Under the pieces are notes generated by a model. It was not told where the DNA came from, ran no database searches, and saw only the letters and a list, made by a program, of their open reading frames with translations. DNA of 48,261 nucleotides from NCBI GenBank assembly GCA_041748055.1, contig JBGTDZ010000034.1:1-48261 (forward strand), written 5' to 3'. Position numbers and translations under genes: made by a program. Positions 39,315-48,261 of this stretch are shown here, one piece after another (the first letter of the stretch is position 1; every line of letters starts with the position of its first letter). This DNA is from Aquaticitalea sp. (lineage in GTDB: Bacteria; Bacteroidota; Bacteroidia; Flavobacteriales; Flavobacteriaceae).

Positions 39315-39889
39315 TGATTGAACAAATCCTACAGTACGATACAGAACTTTTTATTTATTTGAACAGTTTGGGCTCCAAAACATGGGATCCTTTCTGGTTA
39401 GCTTATACTTCAAAATGGAATTGGATACCGTTTTATGCCATATTGTTATATTTGATTTTTCGACAGATTGGAAAGTATCCAATGCTCATCACTATGTTGG
39501 TAGTCGCATTGATGGTATTGGTCACCGATCAAACAACAAATCTTTTCAAACATGGTTTGCAGCGCATGCGACCTTGTCATTTGGCAGAAATAATAGATGG
39601 GATGAGATTGGTAAGGACCGGATGTGGTGGAAAATATGGATTTTTCTCCGGCCATGCGTCCAACACCATGGCAGCGGCGATTTTTATCGGATTGACATTA
39701 AAAAACCGCTTTAAATATATCCTGTATATTTTAATTGTTTGGGCAGTATTGATGGCCTACAGCCGGGTGTATATCGGTGTGCATTATCCATTGGATATTG
39801 TTATGGGCATGACTTTCGGTGCCATTTCAGGTTTTGCCTTTTATAAATTGAACATGTTCCTCATCGGAAAATTAATTAAAGCCGCGTAA
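39314..39889 (+). CDS. PAP2 family membrane phosphatase
   Basis: K....R.RP, FFSGHA and SR.Y.GVHYP.D motifs. Confidence 0.92.
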   Translation: MIEQILQYDTELFIYLNSLGSKTWDPFWLAYTSKWNWIPFYAILLYLIFRQIGKYPMLITMLVVALMVLVTDQTTNLFKHGLQRMRPCHLAEIIDGMRLVRTGCGGKYGFFSGHASNTMAAAIFIGLTLKNRFKYILYILIVWAVLMAYSRVYIGVHYPLDIVMGMTFGAISGFAFYKLNMFLIGKLIKAA

Positions 39890-41498
39890 GTATATAAAAA
39901 TCATTGATGAGCCGTTCATTATAGCGTTTGGAATTTGGCGCAATTGTGTTCAAATCGAATGTCTCCACTGTTTGAATCTTATAGTATGTTTCAAGGAATG
40001 TCCATTCTTTAGGACTGATGATATTTCCCAACATGCCAAATTTAGCCTCTGAAGGCAAATCATAAGTGCCATCTTCCAATTTTATTGGTGGGATTTTGTC
40101 TCCGTAGTGCCAAATCATTTCAGGTGAAATGCCATTGAAACCATAAATTGTTAATTCTTTCTGTTCCAAGTTTGCAATTGGATTGTTGGCAGTGGCAATG
40201 GCAGGTTTTAATAGTGGCAAGACAAATATGAAAATCACAACAAAAAATGCAACTGTAATCATAAAAACTTGTGCTATGTTTTTATTTTTCAAATGAAAGA
40301 TTATCAAAGTCCCAATACCAATTAAGATAACCGCCATGATAGAAAATAATAACCATTGATCTAGTATCGTATTCCCAACGAAAATGTATAATGCAATGGG
40401 AAATGCAATCGCAATCATAGCAATCAATCCAAAATTAAAATAAACTGGGATCGTTTCTTTTTTTTCTTTCAGTGCTTTGAATTCCCTGATTAAATAGTCA
40501 ATATAAAATCCTGTATTAATGGCCAATGGAATCAAAACGGGCATCAAATATCTCGATTTTTTCTCTGGAATGAGTGAAAGCAAAATCACAGCAATAATAG
40601 TCCAAAGCAAAGTAAACTGATAGGCTTTTAAATTGGAGACCCTACTTTTAAGATACGGATATAATAAACTGATGAACGCTGGAATCGTCCAGATGCCGCT
40701 TTGGGTAAAAAAACTCCAGTAATAATAAAACGGTTTGGTGTTATAACTGTGCCAATTATTCGTTTCTCGTGCGGTAATGGCCTCAAAGGTAAGAGGGTCG
40801 TTCATTCGTACATATACAAACCACCAGCCACCAATAATCAAAGCCAAAAGAATACAGCCCAGCAGTGGAAGGATTTTCGATTTGATATTTTTGAACCGAT
40901 ATGTAAAACCAAATGCCATAAGAAAGGGAAGCATCAAAGCATAAATCGCAATCGGTCCTTTACAAAGAATCGAACAACCCATAAAAATGCCAGCCAAAAT
41001 CGCATGTTTCCAAATATCCTGCTCTTTTTTGAATAGTTCAAACAAATGATAAATGGCAATGAGCATAAAACCGTGCGCAAAAATGTCCCAAGGCGCTTCC
41101 AAAGTAATCCCGATGACATAAAAGGAAGTAATAACAATCAACGCATTGATGAAACTATGGATATTGTCCACAACTAATTTTTTCGATAATTGAAAGGTAT
41201 AAATCCCGATAATCGCGACAAATATAATCGCAGGAAATCGAAGTGCGACGAGGCTTTTCAGACCAAAAATCAACCCGAAGATAGCTGTCATCCAAGTTGG
41301 CAATGGCGGTTTCTCATAGCGAGCTTCACCATTCATGGTGGTCAATAGCCAATTGCCATCAGTTATCATCTCCCTAGCGGTAATAAAATTACGGGCTTCC
41401 ATAATGCTCACTGGCAAATTGTCAATACTAAAAAAGAGCATTACAAAAACAATAACTACTATCGATACAATGGGTTTGCTTGTGAGTACCTTAAGCAT
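39876..41498 (-). CDS. ArnT/PMT-like (GT-C) lipid-carrier-dependent glycosyltransferase
   Basis: EAR....AREM...G.W, R.EKPPL, KGP and KK.RYL.P motifs; many TM helices. Confidence 0.88.
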   Translation of the reverse strand: MLKVLTSKPIVSIVVIVFVMLFFSIDNLPVSIMEARNFITAREMITDGNWLLTTMNGEARYEKPPLPTWMTAIFGLIFGLKSLVALRFPAIIFVAIIGIYTFQLSKKLVVDNIHSFINALIVITSFYVIGITLEAPWDIFAHGFMLIAIYHLFELFKKEQDIWKHAILAGIFMGCSILCKGPIAIYALMLPFLMAFGFTYRFKNIKSKILPLLGCILLALIIGGWWFVYVRMNDPLTFEAITARETNNWHSYNTKPFYYYWSFFTQSGIWTIPAFISLLYPYLKSRVSNLKAYQFTLLWTIIAVILLSLIPEKKSRYLMPVLIPLAINTGFYIDYLIREFKALKEKKETIPVYFNFGLIAMIAIAFPIALYIFVGNTILDQWLLFSIMAVILIGIGTLIIFHLKNKNIAQVFMITVAFFVVIFIFVLPLLKPAIATANNPIANLEQKELTIYGFNGISPEMIWHYGDKIPPIKLEDGTYDLPSEAKFGMLGNIISPKEWTFLETYYKIQTVETFDLNTIAPNSKRYNERLINDFYILTRL

Positions 41499-42114
41499 TT
41501 TTTTGGCGAATTAGAAATAAATTTCTAGTATAGATGATGGTTCCGAGTCCATGTCCAACAAACAAGACAGGGTCCTTTCTAAAAACAGCATAGATCAAAA
41601 TCAGGATGGAACCAACAAGGCTTAACAACCAAAACCCAAAAGGTAAGGCGGATACTTTTTTAACTTCGGAGTATATCCACTGATAAATAAAGCGAAACGT
41701 AAATGTCAATTGAGACACGATTCCAAGTATCAAAAGCCAAACTGGGATGGCTTCATTTTTAAACAAAATATTCACATCTATTTTTTGGTTGTTGAAATAA
41801 TACACCACAATCAATGAAGGCACCAAGAGAAGTATCCATTGAAAAAACCGTGGAATTTTTTTCCATTCTCCTTGAAATTGTAAATTTCGGATATATATAA
41901 AATAAGTTATTGCTTGTCCCAGCATAATGGCAAAATCCTGACGCAAGTAGCCATAAATAAAAAGGAGAGACGATGCAGCCAAACTCAGGGTCCAAAAGGT
42001 AGAAGGGGTGATGACTTTCTGTTGCTTTTCCGAAGTAATCCATTGGATGACAAGTCTCGAAGAAAACAACAGTTGTGCAACAAACCCAACACTATAAATT
42101 AGCCAATGATTCAT
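41491..42114 (-). CDS. Membrane protein with two lipid-A-biosynthesis N-terminal (LAB_N) repeats
   Basis: G...Q..F..R...QW..SE......P..FW..SL repeated twice, each half ending in Y.RNL. Confidence 0.85.
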   Translation of the reverse strand: MNHWLIYSVGFVAQLLFSSRLVIQWITSEKQQKVITPSTFWTLSLAASSLLFIYGYLRQDFAIMLGQAITYFIYIRNLQFQGEWKKIPRFFQWILLLVPSLIVVYYFNNQKIDVNILFKNEAIPVWLLILGIVSQLTFTFRFIYQWIYSEVKKVSALPFGFWLLSLVGSILILIYAVFRKDPVLFVGHGLGTIIYTRNLFLIRQKNA

Positions 42115-42848
42115 TCGCTCTGTTTGTTGATTTTATAATTGATGTACTTTTTCTTCATCCATAAATAGGCAAAACAATCCATTAAAGGACCCAATAAGCG
42201 ATTCCATAGACCAAAATTTGCCGTGCCTGCCATTCGGGGAAAATGTTGTACAGGAATCTGGATGACCTTTCCTTCCTGAAGCATGACCATGGCAGGCAAA
42301 AAACGATGCAAACCCTTGAACATTGGAATGCGTTTGGCATACTCGGTTTTTATCACTTTCAACGGACATCCGGTATCATCCATACCGTCTTGGGTAAAAG
42401 CACGTCGAATGCCATTGGCTATTTTGGAAGACATATTTTTTACAAACGAATCTTTTCTGTTGGAGCGCACACCAGTAACCAAATCATAGTCTTCTATATA
42501 TTCGAGCAGCAGATTAAAATCGTTGGGTGACGTTTGCAAATCCGAATCGATATATCCCACAAATTCCGTATCCGTAAAATCAAAGCCTGCCTTGATTGCC
42601 GCGCTCAAACCTCTATTTTTCTCAAAAGAAATATATTCAAAATTTTGGTTTCTATTGCAAATTCCTTCTATGAGATTTTGGCTGCTGTCCTTCGATCCGT
42701 CATTAATAAATAATATTTTGGTGGGGACTTTTGCTATCCTCGTATAGTTGAGAAGTTCTATTTCTACACGCTCCAAGTTATCTTCTTCATTATAAACCGG
42801 CACTACAATAGTGAACCTATAATTCATTTGGATATGGTTAGTTGCCAC
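42111..42848 (-). CDS. GT2 polyprenol-phosphate glycosyltransferase (ArnC/DPM-like)
   Basis: VVPVYNEE, NDGS.D, DSDLQ, D.GC.LK and HRFLP motifs. Confidence 0.9.
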   Translation of the reverse strand: MATNHIQMNYRFTIVVPVYNEEDNLERVEIELLNYTRIAKVPTKILFINDGSKDSSQNLIEGICNRNQNFEYISFEKNRGLSAAIKAGFDFTDTEFVGYIDSDLQTSPNDFNLLLEYIEDYDLVTGVRSNRKDSFVKNMSSKIANGIRRAFTQDGMDDTGCPLKVIKTEYAKRIPMFKGLHRFLPAMVMLQEGKVIQIPVQHFPRMAGTANFGLWNRLLGPLMDCFAYLWMKKKYINYKINKQSE

Positions 42849-42943
42849 AAAAATATTAATTTTTAGATGAACAGTTTAAATTTGCGTATTTAATCTGTAA
42901 AAAAGGCACTAACTTGCACATTATTTTACAATTCAAGCATCCA

Positions 42944-43882
42944 ATGAAGATATTAGTTACAGGAGCAGCAGGTTTTATAGGTTCTCATACCGCTGAGCGA
43001 TTAAAAAGGTTAGGTCATGAAGTCATTGGTGTGGACAATTTTTCACCCTATTACACTGTTGAGCTTAAAGAACTAAATGCCAAAGCGCTTTCTGACCTTG
43101 ATATTTCAATTATTCGTCACGATTTAAGGTCTGAAGACCTCATCGATGTATTGCCAATCGATATCGATTATATATTTCATTTTGCAGCACAACCTGGAAT
43201 TTCGACCACCTCGACGTTTGAAGATTATTTCAGTAATAACATCATCGCTACTAAAAATTTAATTGACTACGCTATGGCATGTAAGCAATTAAAATTATTT
43301 GTAAACATAGGAACGTCTTCTATCTATGGTTTGGAAGCCACTTTTCCTGAAGACGTTGCACCACAACCAGCCTCACATTATGGTGTTACCAAATTGGCAG
43401 CAGAACAAATGGTGCTTCAAAAGAGTCGAGAAGAGAATTTTAAATCCTGTTCTTTACGATTATATTCGGTGATTGGCCCAAGAGAACGTCCGGAAAAAAT
43501 GTATACAAAATTGATAGATTTAGGTCTGAAGGACGAAGAATTCCCTTTGTTTAAAGGAAGTGATACTCATTTAAGAAGCTTTACATACGTGGGCGATATC
43601 GTTGATGGTGTGGTAAGTGTTGTTGGAAAAGAGGATAAAGTGAATGGAGAAATTTTTAATTTAGGAACAGAAGTAGAACACACGACTCAAGAAGGAATCG
43701 AGGCAGTTGAGCAAGTGCTTGGCAAAAAGATCAAACTAAATGTTATTGCAAAACGTGCAGGCGATCAATTGCGTACAAAAGCGAATATTGATAAGGCGAG
43801 AAAAGTTTTGAATTATAATCCTAAAACAACCTTATTAGAAGGTGTGAAAGCTCAAGTAGCTTGGTATAAGGAAAATTTTTAG
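42944..43882 (+). CDS. NAD-dependent nucleotide-sugar epimerase (UDP-glucuronate 4-epimerase-like)
   Basis: TGAAGFIGS, H.AAQPG, YGVTK (YxxxK) and R.FTYV.D.V.G. Confidence 0.85.
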   Translation: MKILVTGAAGFIGSHTAERLKRLGHEVIGVDNFSPYYTVELKELNAKALSDLDISIIRHDLRSEDLIDVLPIDIDYIFHFAAQPGISTTSTFEDYFSNNIIATKNLIDYAMACKQLKLFVNIGTSSIYGLEATFPEDVAPQPASHYGVTKLAAEQMVLQKSREENFKSCSLRLYSVIGPRERPEKMYTKLIDLGLKDEEFPLFKGSDTHLRSFTYVGDIVDGVVSVVGKEDKVNGEIFNLGTEVEHTTQEGIEAVEQVLGKKIKLNVIAKRAGDQLRTKANIDKARKVLNYNPKTTLLEGVKAQVAWYKENF

Positions 43883-45240
43883 ACAAACGCACTGTAACCA
43901 GTAATGGCCCTGCCTACAATCAAGGTATTGATTTCCTTGGTACCTTCATAAGAATAAATCGCTTCCGCATCAGCTACAAAACGGGCCACGTTATATTCCA
44001 AAAGAATACCATTGCCACCCATAACTTCTCTTGCTTGGCTCACAACATCGCGCGTTCGCAACGAACAGAATACTTTTGCCAAAGAGGCATGTTCGTCGGT
44101 CAATAAACCTTGATCTTGTAATTCAGACAGTCGATAGACCATCGTTTTCATCGCGGTCAAATTTGACAGCATTTCCACCAAATGGTTTTGGATGAGTTGA
44201 AACGAAGCAATGGGTTTTCCAAATTGTTGTCGTTTTTTGGTGTATTTCAAAGCGTTTTCAAAGGCACCTCTCGCACATCCTACGGCTTGCCATGCTACAC
44301 CTGCGCGCGTCATTCTTAAAACCTTCGCTGTATCTCCAAAGGAATTTGCATTTTGCAATCTGTCTTTTTCGGGAATTCGGCAATCTTTCAATGTGATGAT
44401 GGCATTCTGAACGGTTCGCAATGCCATTTTATCTTCTATTTTTTCGGTTGTAAAGCCCGGTGTATCTTTTTTTACAATGAAACCTTTCACTTTATTGGCC
44501 ACTTCTTCCCGTGCCCAAATGATGGTAATATCAGAAAAGGTCGCATTGCCAATCCATTTTTTCTGCCCATTCAAGACCCATTCGTCGCCTTCAAGTCGGC
44601 AAGTGGTTTCCATACCGCCAGCTACGCCGCTGCCCACGTTTGGCTCGGTAAGTCCAAAAGCACCAATCACTTCCATTTTTTGCATTTTTGGTAACCATTC
44701 CTGCTTTTGTTCTTCACTGCCACACAGATAAATTGAGCCCATGGCCAATCCACTATGCACTCCAAAAAAGGTAGAAATGGAAACATCCACTCGGGCCATT
44801 TCTTCAGCAATGATTCCTTCCATTATAAACGGCATATCCGGACAACCATAACCTTTGTATGCGACACCACAGATGTTGAGTGTTGCCAACTTTGGAATGA
44901 TTTCCAAAGGAAATTGCGCTTTCTTCCAATAATCGTTTGCAATTGGGTCGATTTCTTTTTCCATGAAGTTGCGTACTTTCATTTGAACGGCCCGCTGTTC
45001 TTGGGTCAATTTCAAATCCAAATCGTAAAAATCGCCATCGATGGGTGGTAGCTTGTGCTGGCCTTTTTTGCTTTTTTCGGTCAGCATTTTCATCATGCCA
45101 TTGAGTTGTTTTTCATCAAGCTCACCAACGGTTTTCATGATGGCTGCCAAATCGATTTTCTTTGAAATTTCAGACAATTCTTTAAAATCCACATCTTTCA
45201 TGAGCTGTATAATGGATTTTACTTTATGGAATAGTTTCAT
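43879..45240 (-). CDS. Acyl-CoA dehydrogenase (glutaryl-CoA dehydrogenase-like)
   Basis: FGLTEP..GS, LNG.K.WIGN, R.QFGKPI..FQL and GGNG...YSYEGT. Confidence 0.9.
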   Translation of the reverse strand: MKLFHKVKSIIQLMKDVDFKELSEISKKIDLAAIMKTVGELDEKQLNGMMKMLTEKSKKGQHKLPPIDGDFYDLDLKLTQEQRAVQMKVRNFMEKEIDPIANDYWKKAQFPLEIIPKLATLNICGVAYKGYGCPDMPFIMEGIIAEEMARVDVSISTFFGVHSGLAMGSIYLCGSEEQKQEWLPKMQKMEVIGAFGLTEPNVGSGVAGGMETTCRLEGDEWVLNGQKKWIGNATFSDITIIWAREEVANKVKGFIVKKDTPGFTTEKIEDKMALRTVQNAIITLKDCRIPEKDRLQNANSFGDTAKVLRMTRAGVAWQAVGCARGAFENALKYTKKRQQFGKPIASFQLIQNHLVEMLSNLTAMKTMVYRLSELQDQGLLTDEHASLAKVFCSLRTRDVVSQAREVMGGNGILLEYNVARFVADAEAIYSYEGTKEINTLIVGRAITGYSAFV

Positions 45241-45243
45241 CTT

Positions 45244-46365
45244 TTAAGATTTTAAATTCAAAAGCGATTCTGCGGCTGCAAAAGGCGTGGTTTCTCCATT
45301 GTCAATCCGTTCCAATTGAATCTTTATTTCTTTTTTTATCGCAGAATTGTTATAAAAATCAGATTTCAATCGGTCGTCGATGGTTTGAAGCATCCAGAAT
45401 TTGTTTTGCTCTTTGCGTTTATGGTCGAAGTAGTCATTATTTTTTGAAAGCTTTAAATAAGCTTCTATCAATTCCCAGATTTCAGAAATACCTTCATTTT
45501 TCAAGGCACTTGCCAATAGGACTTTGGGTTGCCAGCCTGAATCTTTCACCGGATATAAATGTAAAGCTCTGTTGAATTCTACTTTGGCATTTTTCGCATG
45601 TTTCAAATTGTCGCCATCCGCTTTATTGATGACGATGGCATCCGCCATTTCCATGATACCACGCTTAATTCCTTGAAGTTCATCACCTGCCCCGGCCAAT
45701 TTCAACAACAAAAAGAAATCGACCATACTGTGTACTGCAGTTTCACTCTGACCAACACCCACGGTTTCAATTAAAATGGTGTCAAATCCTGCAGCTTCAC
45801 ATAGGATTATAGTTTCACGACTTTTACGGGCTACACCTCCAAGCGAAGTTCCCGCAGGCGAAGGACGGATAAAAGCATTATCATCCTTGACCAAGTCTTC
45901 CATTCGAGTTTTGTCACCAAGAATGGAACCTTTGCTTAAAGTACTGCTCGGGTCAACTGCCAAGACGGCTACTTTTTTCCCATTGGAAGTCAAATAAGTT
46001 CCAAAGGCTTCAATAAATGTGCTCTTACCAACTCCTGGGACACCTGTGATTCCAATTCGGATTGAATTATTGGCATGCTGTAAACATTTTTTGATGATGT
46101 CATTTGCCTTTTGAAGATGTTCTGGGTTTGTACTTTCAACCAAGGTAATGGCTCGGCTCAATGCGGTCATATTACCTTTGAGAATATCCTTGACCAAAGC
46201 ATCCACTGACGGTTGCGTAAGACGCTTTTCTTTTATGGATTTAACAGCATTTTTGTTGGTGGTTTCGGGTAGTGAAACACCTTGTTTCTCTTTTAGGGCA
46301 GAAGATTTGTTTTTATGGTTCAAATCATTATTTGTTAGCCTGTTCTTGTGGGGTTTCGACAACAT
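45244..46365 (-). CDS. meaB: Methylmalonyl-CoA mutase-associated GTPase MeaB/ArgK
   Basis: [41 protein letters not shown] and NKAD. Confidence 0.95.
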   Translation of the reverse strand: MLSKPHKNRLTNNDLNHKNKSSALKEKQGVSLPETTNKNAVKSIKEKRLTQPSVDALVKDILKGNMTALSRAITLVESTNPEHLQKANDIIKKCLQHANNSIRIGITGVPGVGKSTFIEAFGTYLTSNGKKVAVLAVDPSSTLSKGSILGDKTRMEDLVKDDNAFIRPSPAGTSLGGVARKSRETIILCEAAGFDTILIETVGVGQSETAVHSMVDFFLLLKLAGAGDELQGIKRGIMEMADAIVINKADGDNLKHAKNAKVEFNRALHLYPVKDSGWQPKVLLASALKNEGISEIWELIEAYLKLSKNNDYFDHKRKEQNKFWMLQTIDDRLKSDFYNNSAIKKEIKIQLERIDNGETTPFAAAESLLNLKS

Positions 46366-46915
46366 CCATAGGAATCTCTACTTTAGTTTTGTCCCAGACC
46401 AATGTCATTTTTAATTCATCGGTTATGTTGTCAAAGGCAATCGTAAATTGCTCCACAGATTTATCTAGATGTTGTACTGGTGCTTCAATGTTTACCAAGT
46501 CAAACTGTGGCTCGCGCATAGGTCGCATTTGTTCGTCCACGCCCCACGGGTATTGTTTAGTGTTGAAGATGATATCCCAAACGGTATCATGCGGAATGGT
46601 CCATAAGGTATATTCCCCTTTTGGCATATAGATGCCTTCAATCATCAAATCCTTGTTGGTGGTAAAAGTTGTCGCTTCGTTTGCACCTGTTCGCCATACT
46701 TCATCAAAAGGAACGAGAGCTCCATAGATTTCCCGACCCTTTTTATAGGGTCTATTATAAAACACCTCCAATCGGGTGTCGTTCAATTCAAATTTTACGG
46801 TGTCTTTTGGACTTAACCTTTTGCTGAAAATATCTTCAAAGAAGTAGGCATAGACAAATAAACCTAATGCGACGACCGAAAGTGTGATGATGGTCCATTT
46901 TAACAACTTGTTCAT
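46328..46915 (-). CDS. DUF2911 family protein
   Basis: Y.RP.KKGR.I.G.LVP...[10 protein letters not shown] motif. Confidence 0.88.
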   Translation of the reverse strand: MNKLLKWTIITLSVVALGLFVYAYFFEDIFSKRLSPKDTVKFELNDTRLEVFYNRPYKKGREIYGALVPFDEVWRTGANEATTFTTNKDLMIEGIYMPKGEYTLWTIPHDTVWDIIFNTKQYPWGVDEQMRPMREPQFDLVNIEAPVQHLDKSVEQFTIAFDNITDELKMTLVWDKTKVEIPMDVVETPQEQANK

Positions 46916-47102
46916 AATTATAGATTCTGTTAAGTCTAGTTAAGCATAAAGATAATTGAAATAGCTTGATGTGTAAACTTCGTAACGCTGTTTTGTAGTA
47001 ATTTATGATGTTTTCCAAAATTATTTCTAAAATTTGCAACATCCTGTTTTTTGTGTCGTCCTTAAGATGAACTAAACCATTAACCAATAGCACAACCAAA
47101 GC

Positions 47103-47651
47103 ATGTTTCAAACCGATATCATTGAAAAATGCAAGCAAAACAATCGTATTGCACAGTTGCAACTGTACAATCAGTATTGCGATGGTATGTATGTGGTGGC
47201 GAATCGGTTTGTGAAGGATTCCATGGAAGCTGAAGATATCGTACAGGAAGCCTTTATAAAAGCCTTTAGCAAACTGCATCAATATAAAGCGGAAGTGACT
47301 TTTGGAGCATGGTTGAAACGTATCGTCATCAATAAAAGTATCGATTTACTAAAATCCAAGAAGCAACAATTGCAAGAATTGGAAGAGGTGCACCTCAAGG
47401 TAGTCGATGAGTCGGATGACGAATGGTTGGTAGAAGACAATATTACAATTGAAGACGTAAAGAAAGTGATAGAGCAATTGCCCGAAAAGTATAAATATGT
47501 GGTGATGCTCTATTTGATTGAAGGGTATGACCATCAGGAAATATCAGAAATTCTGGGGATTACCGAAATCGCTTCACGCACACAAGTATCGAGAGGAAAA
47601 GTAAAATTACAAGAACTGTTAACACCTATGTACAATGGCACGAGATCTTAA
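47103..47651 (+). CDS. ECF RNA polymerase sigma factor
   Basis: AEDIVQEAF and F.AWL.RI..N (region 2); LP.KY..V..L..EG..H.EI...LGI (region 4). Confidence 0.95.
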   Translation: MFQTDIIEKCKQNNRIAQLQLYNQYCDGMYVVANRFVKDSMEAEDIVQEAFIKAFSKLHQYKAEVTFGAWLKRIVINKSIDLLKSKKQQLQELEEVHLKVVDESDDEWLVEDNITIEDVKKVIEQLPEKYKYVVMLYLIEGYDHQEISEILGITEIASRTQVSRGKVKLQELLTPMYNGTRS

Positions 47652-48219
47652 AAAAATGTTTAGTGAGGATCGTTTAAAAATCCAGAATGGAATGCCTAAA
47701 GACCATGAAGCCCGCTTCTTAAAAAAGTTGGAGCAAGAACTTCCTGCACACATCAATCCGTCAAGCAAAAGCGCAATCAAAAAACGTTTCAGTATTTTTA
47801 ATATCGCAGCAAGTATCGTGGTGCTTATGGGCTTGAGTTTTGGGGCTTTTCAATTCTTTAAAACTCCTGATGTGATGACCCAGCCAAACGCGCAAGTTGT
47901 TACCTTAAAATCTCTTGGTGATGTATCGCCAGACTTAAAGAAAGTGGAGAATTATTATGTTGCCAACATCAATCTCGAATTGTCAAATGTAAAGCTCACA
48001 CCCGAAAACAAGGACCTGTTCGATAGCTATATTGTGCGGTTGGAAGAATTGAACAAGGAGTATAATCGACTTTCTGTGGAGTTGACTGAGAATGGTCCCA
48101 ATGAATTGACCGTGAATGCGCTTATCGACAATCTAAAATTACGTCTCAATTTGTTGTATCGCTTGAAAGAACAATTGAAACAATTGAACACAACTGATGA
48201 AAATCAGGAAACAATCTAA
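47635..48219 (+). CDS. Single-pass membrane protein, probable anti-sigma factor
   Basis: Overlaps the sigma gene; P..H..RF..KL, then IAAS TM helix and a helical C-terminal part. Confidence 0.7.
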   Translation: MARDLKKMFSEDRLKIQNGMPKDHEARFLKKLEQELPAHINPSSKSAIKKRFSIFNIAASIVVLMGLSFGAFQFFKTPDVMTQPNAQVVTLKSLGDVSPDLKKVENYYVANINLELSNVKLTPENKDLFDSYIVRLEELNKEYNRLSVELTENGPNELTVNALIDNLKLRLNLLYRLKEQLKQLNTTDENQETI

Positions 48220-48224
48220 AAATC

Positions 48225-48261
48225 ATGAAACATTTAAAAATAATAACAACCCTTCTATTGT
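48225..48261 (+). CDS. Start of a secreted protein, truncated by the window end
   Basis: MKHLKIITTLLL signal-peptide-like start 5 nt after the previous stop. Confidence 0.5.
   Translation, partial: MKHLKIITTLLL

Overview
AT-rich Bacteroidota chromosome window, most likely Flavobacteriaceae (TAnnTTTG -7 promoter motifs, a T9SS C-terminal domain, bshC). Two blocks of ordinary core genes (ftsY..rimO..bshC-guaA..DUF3820 at 1-13659; pyrG-yidC..mnmA..meaB..ECF sigma at 26736-48261) flank a ~13 kb accessory island (13682-~26650). The island is organised like an integron cassette array. Ten segments of one to three genes, almost all on the minus strand, are separated by nine imperfect palindromic sites of the form AAC...GTT. 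Seven of the nine sites measure 123-127 nt core to core despite different sequences. The two ends of each cassette are inverted-repeat partners of each other, as expected for excisable circles. The array starts at an attI-like half site (26119-26127) located downstream of, and co-directional with, a decayed tyrosine recombinase gene (26241-26423). Most sites carry an internal 37-nt periodicity, and most cassette leaders have a GAC motif 18-19 nt after the crossover. Cargo includes a subclass A2 class A beta-lactamase. All product calls come from motif recognition by eye. No database search was run, so I cannot confirm that the system is undescribed.
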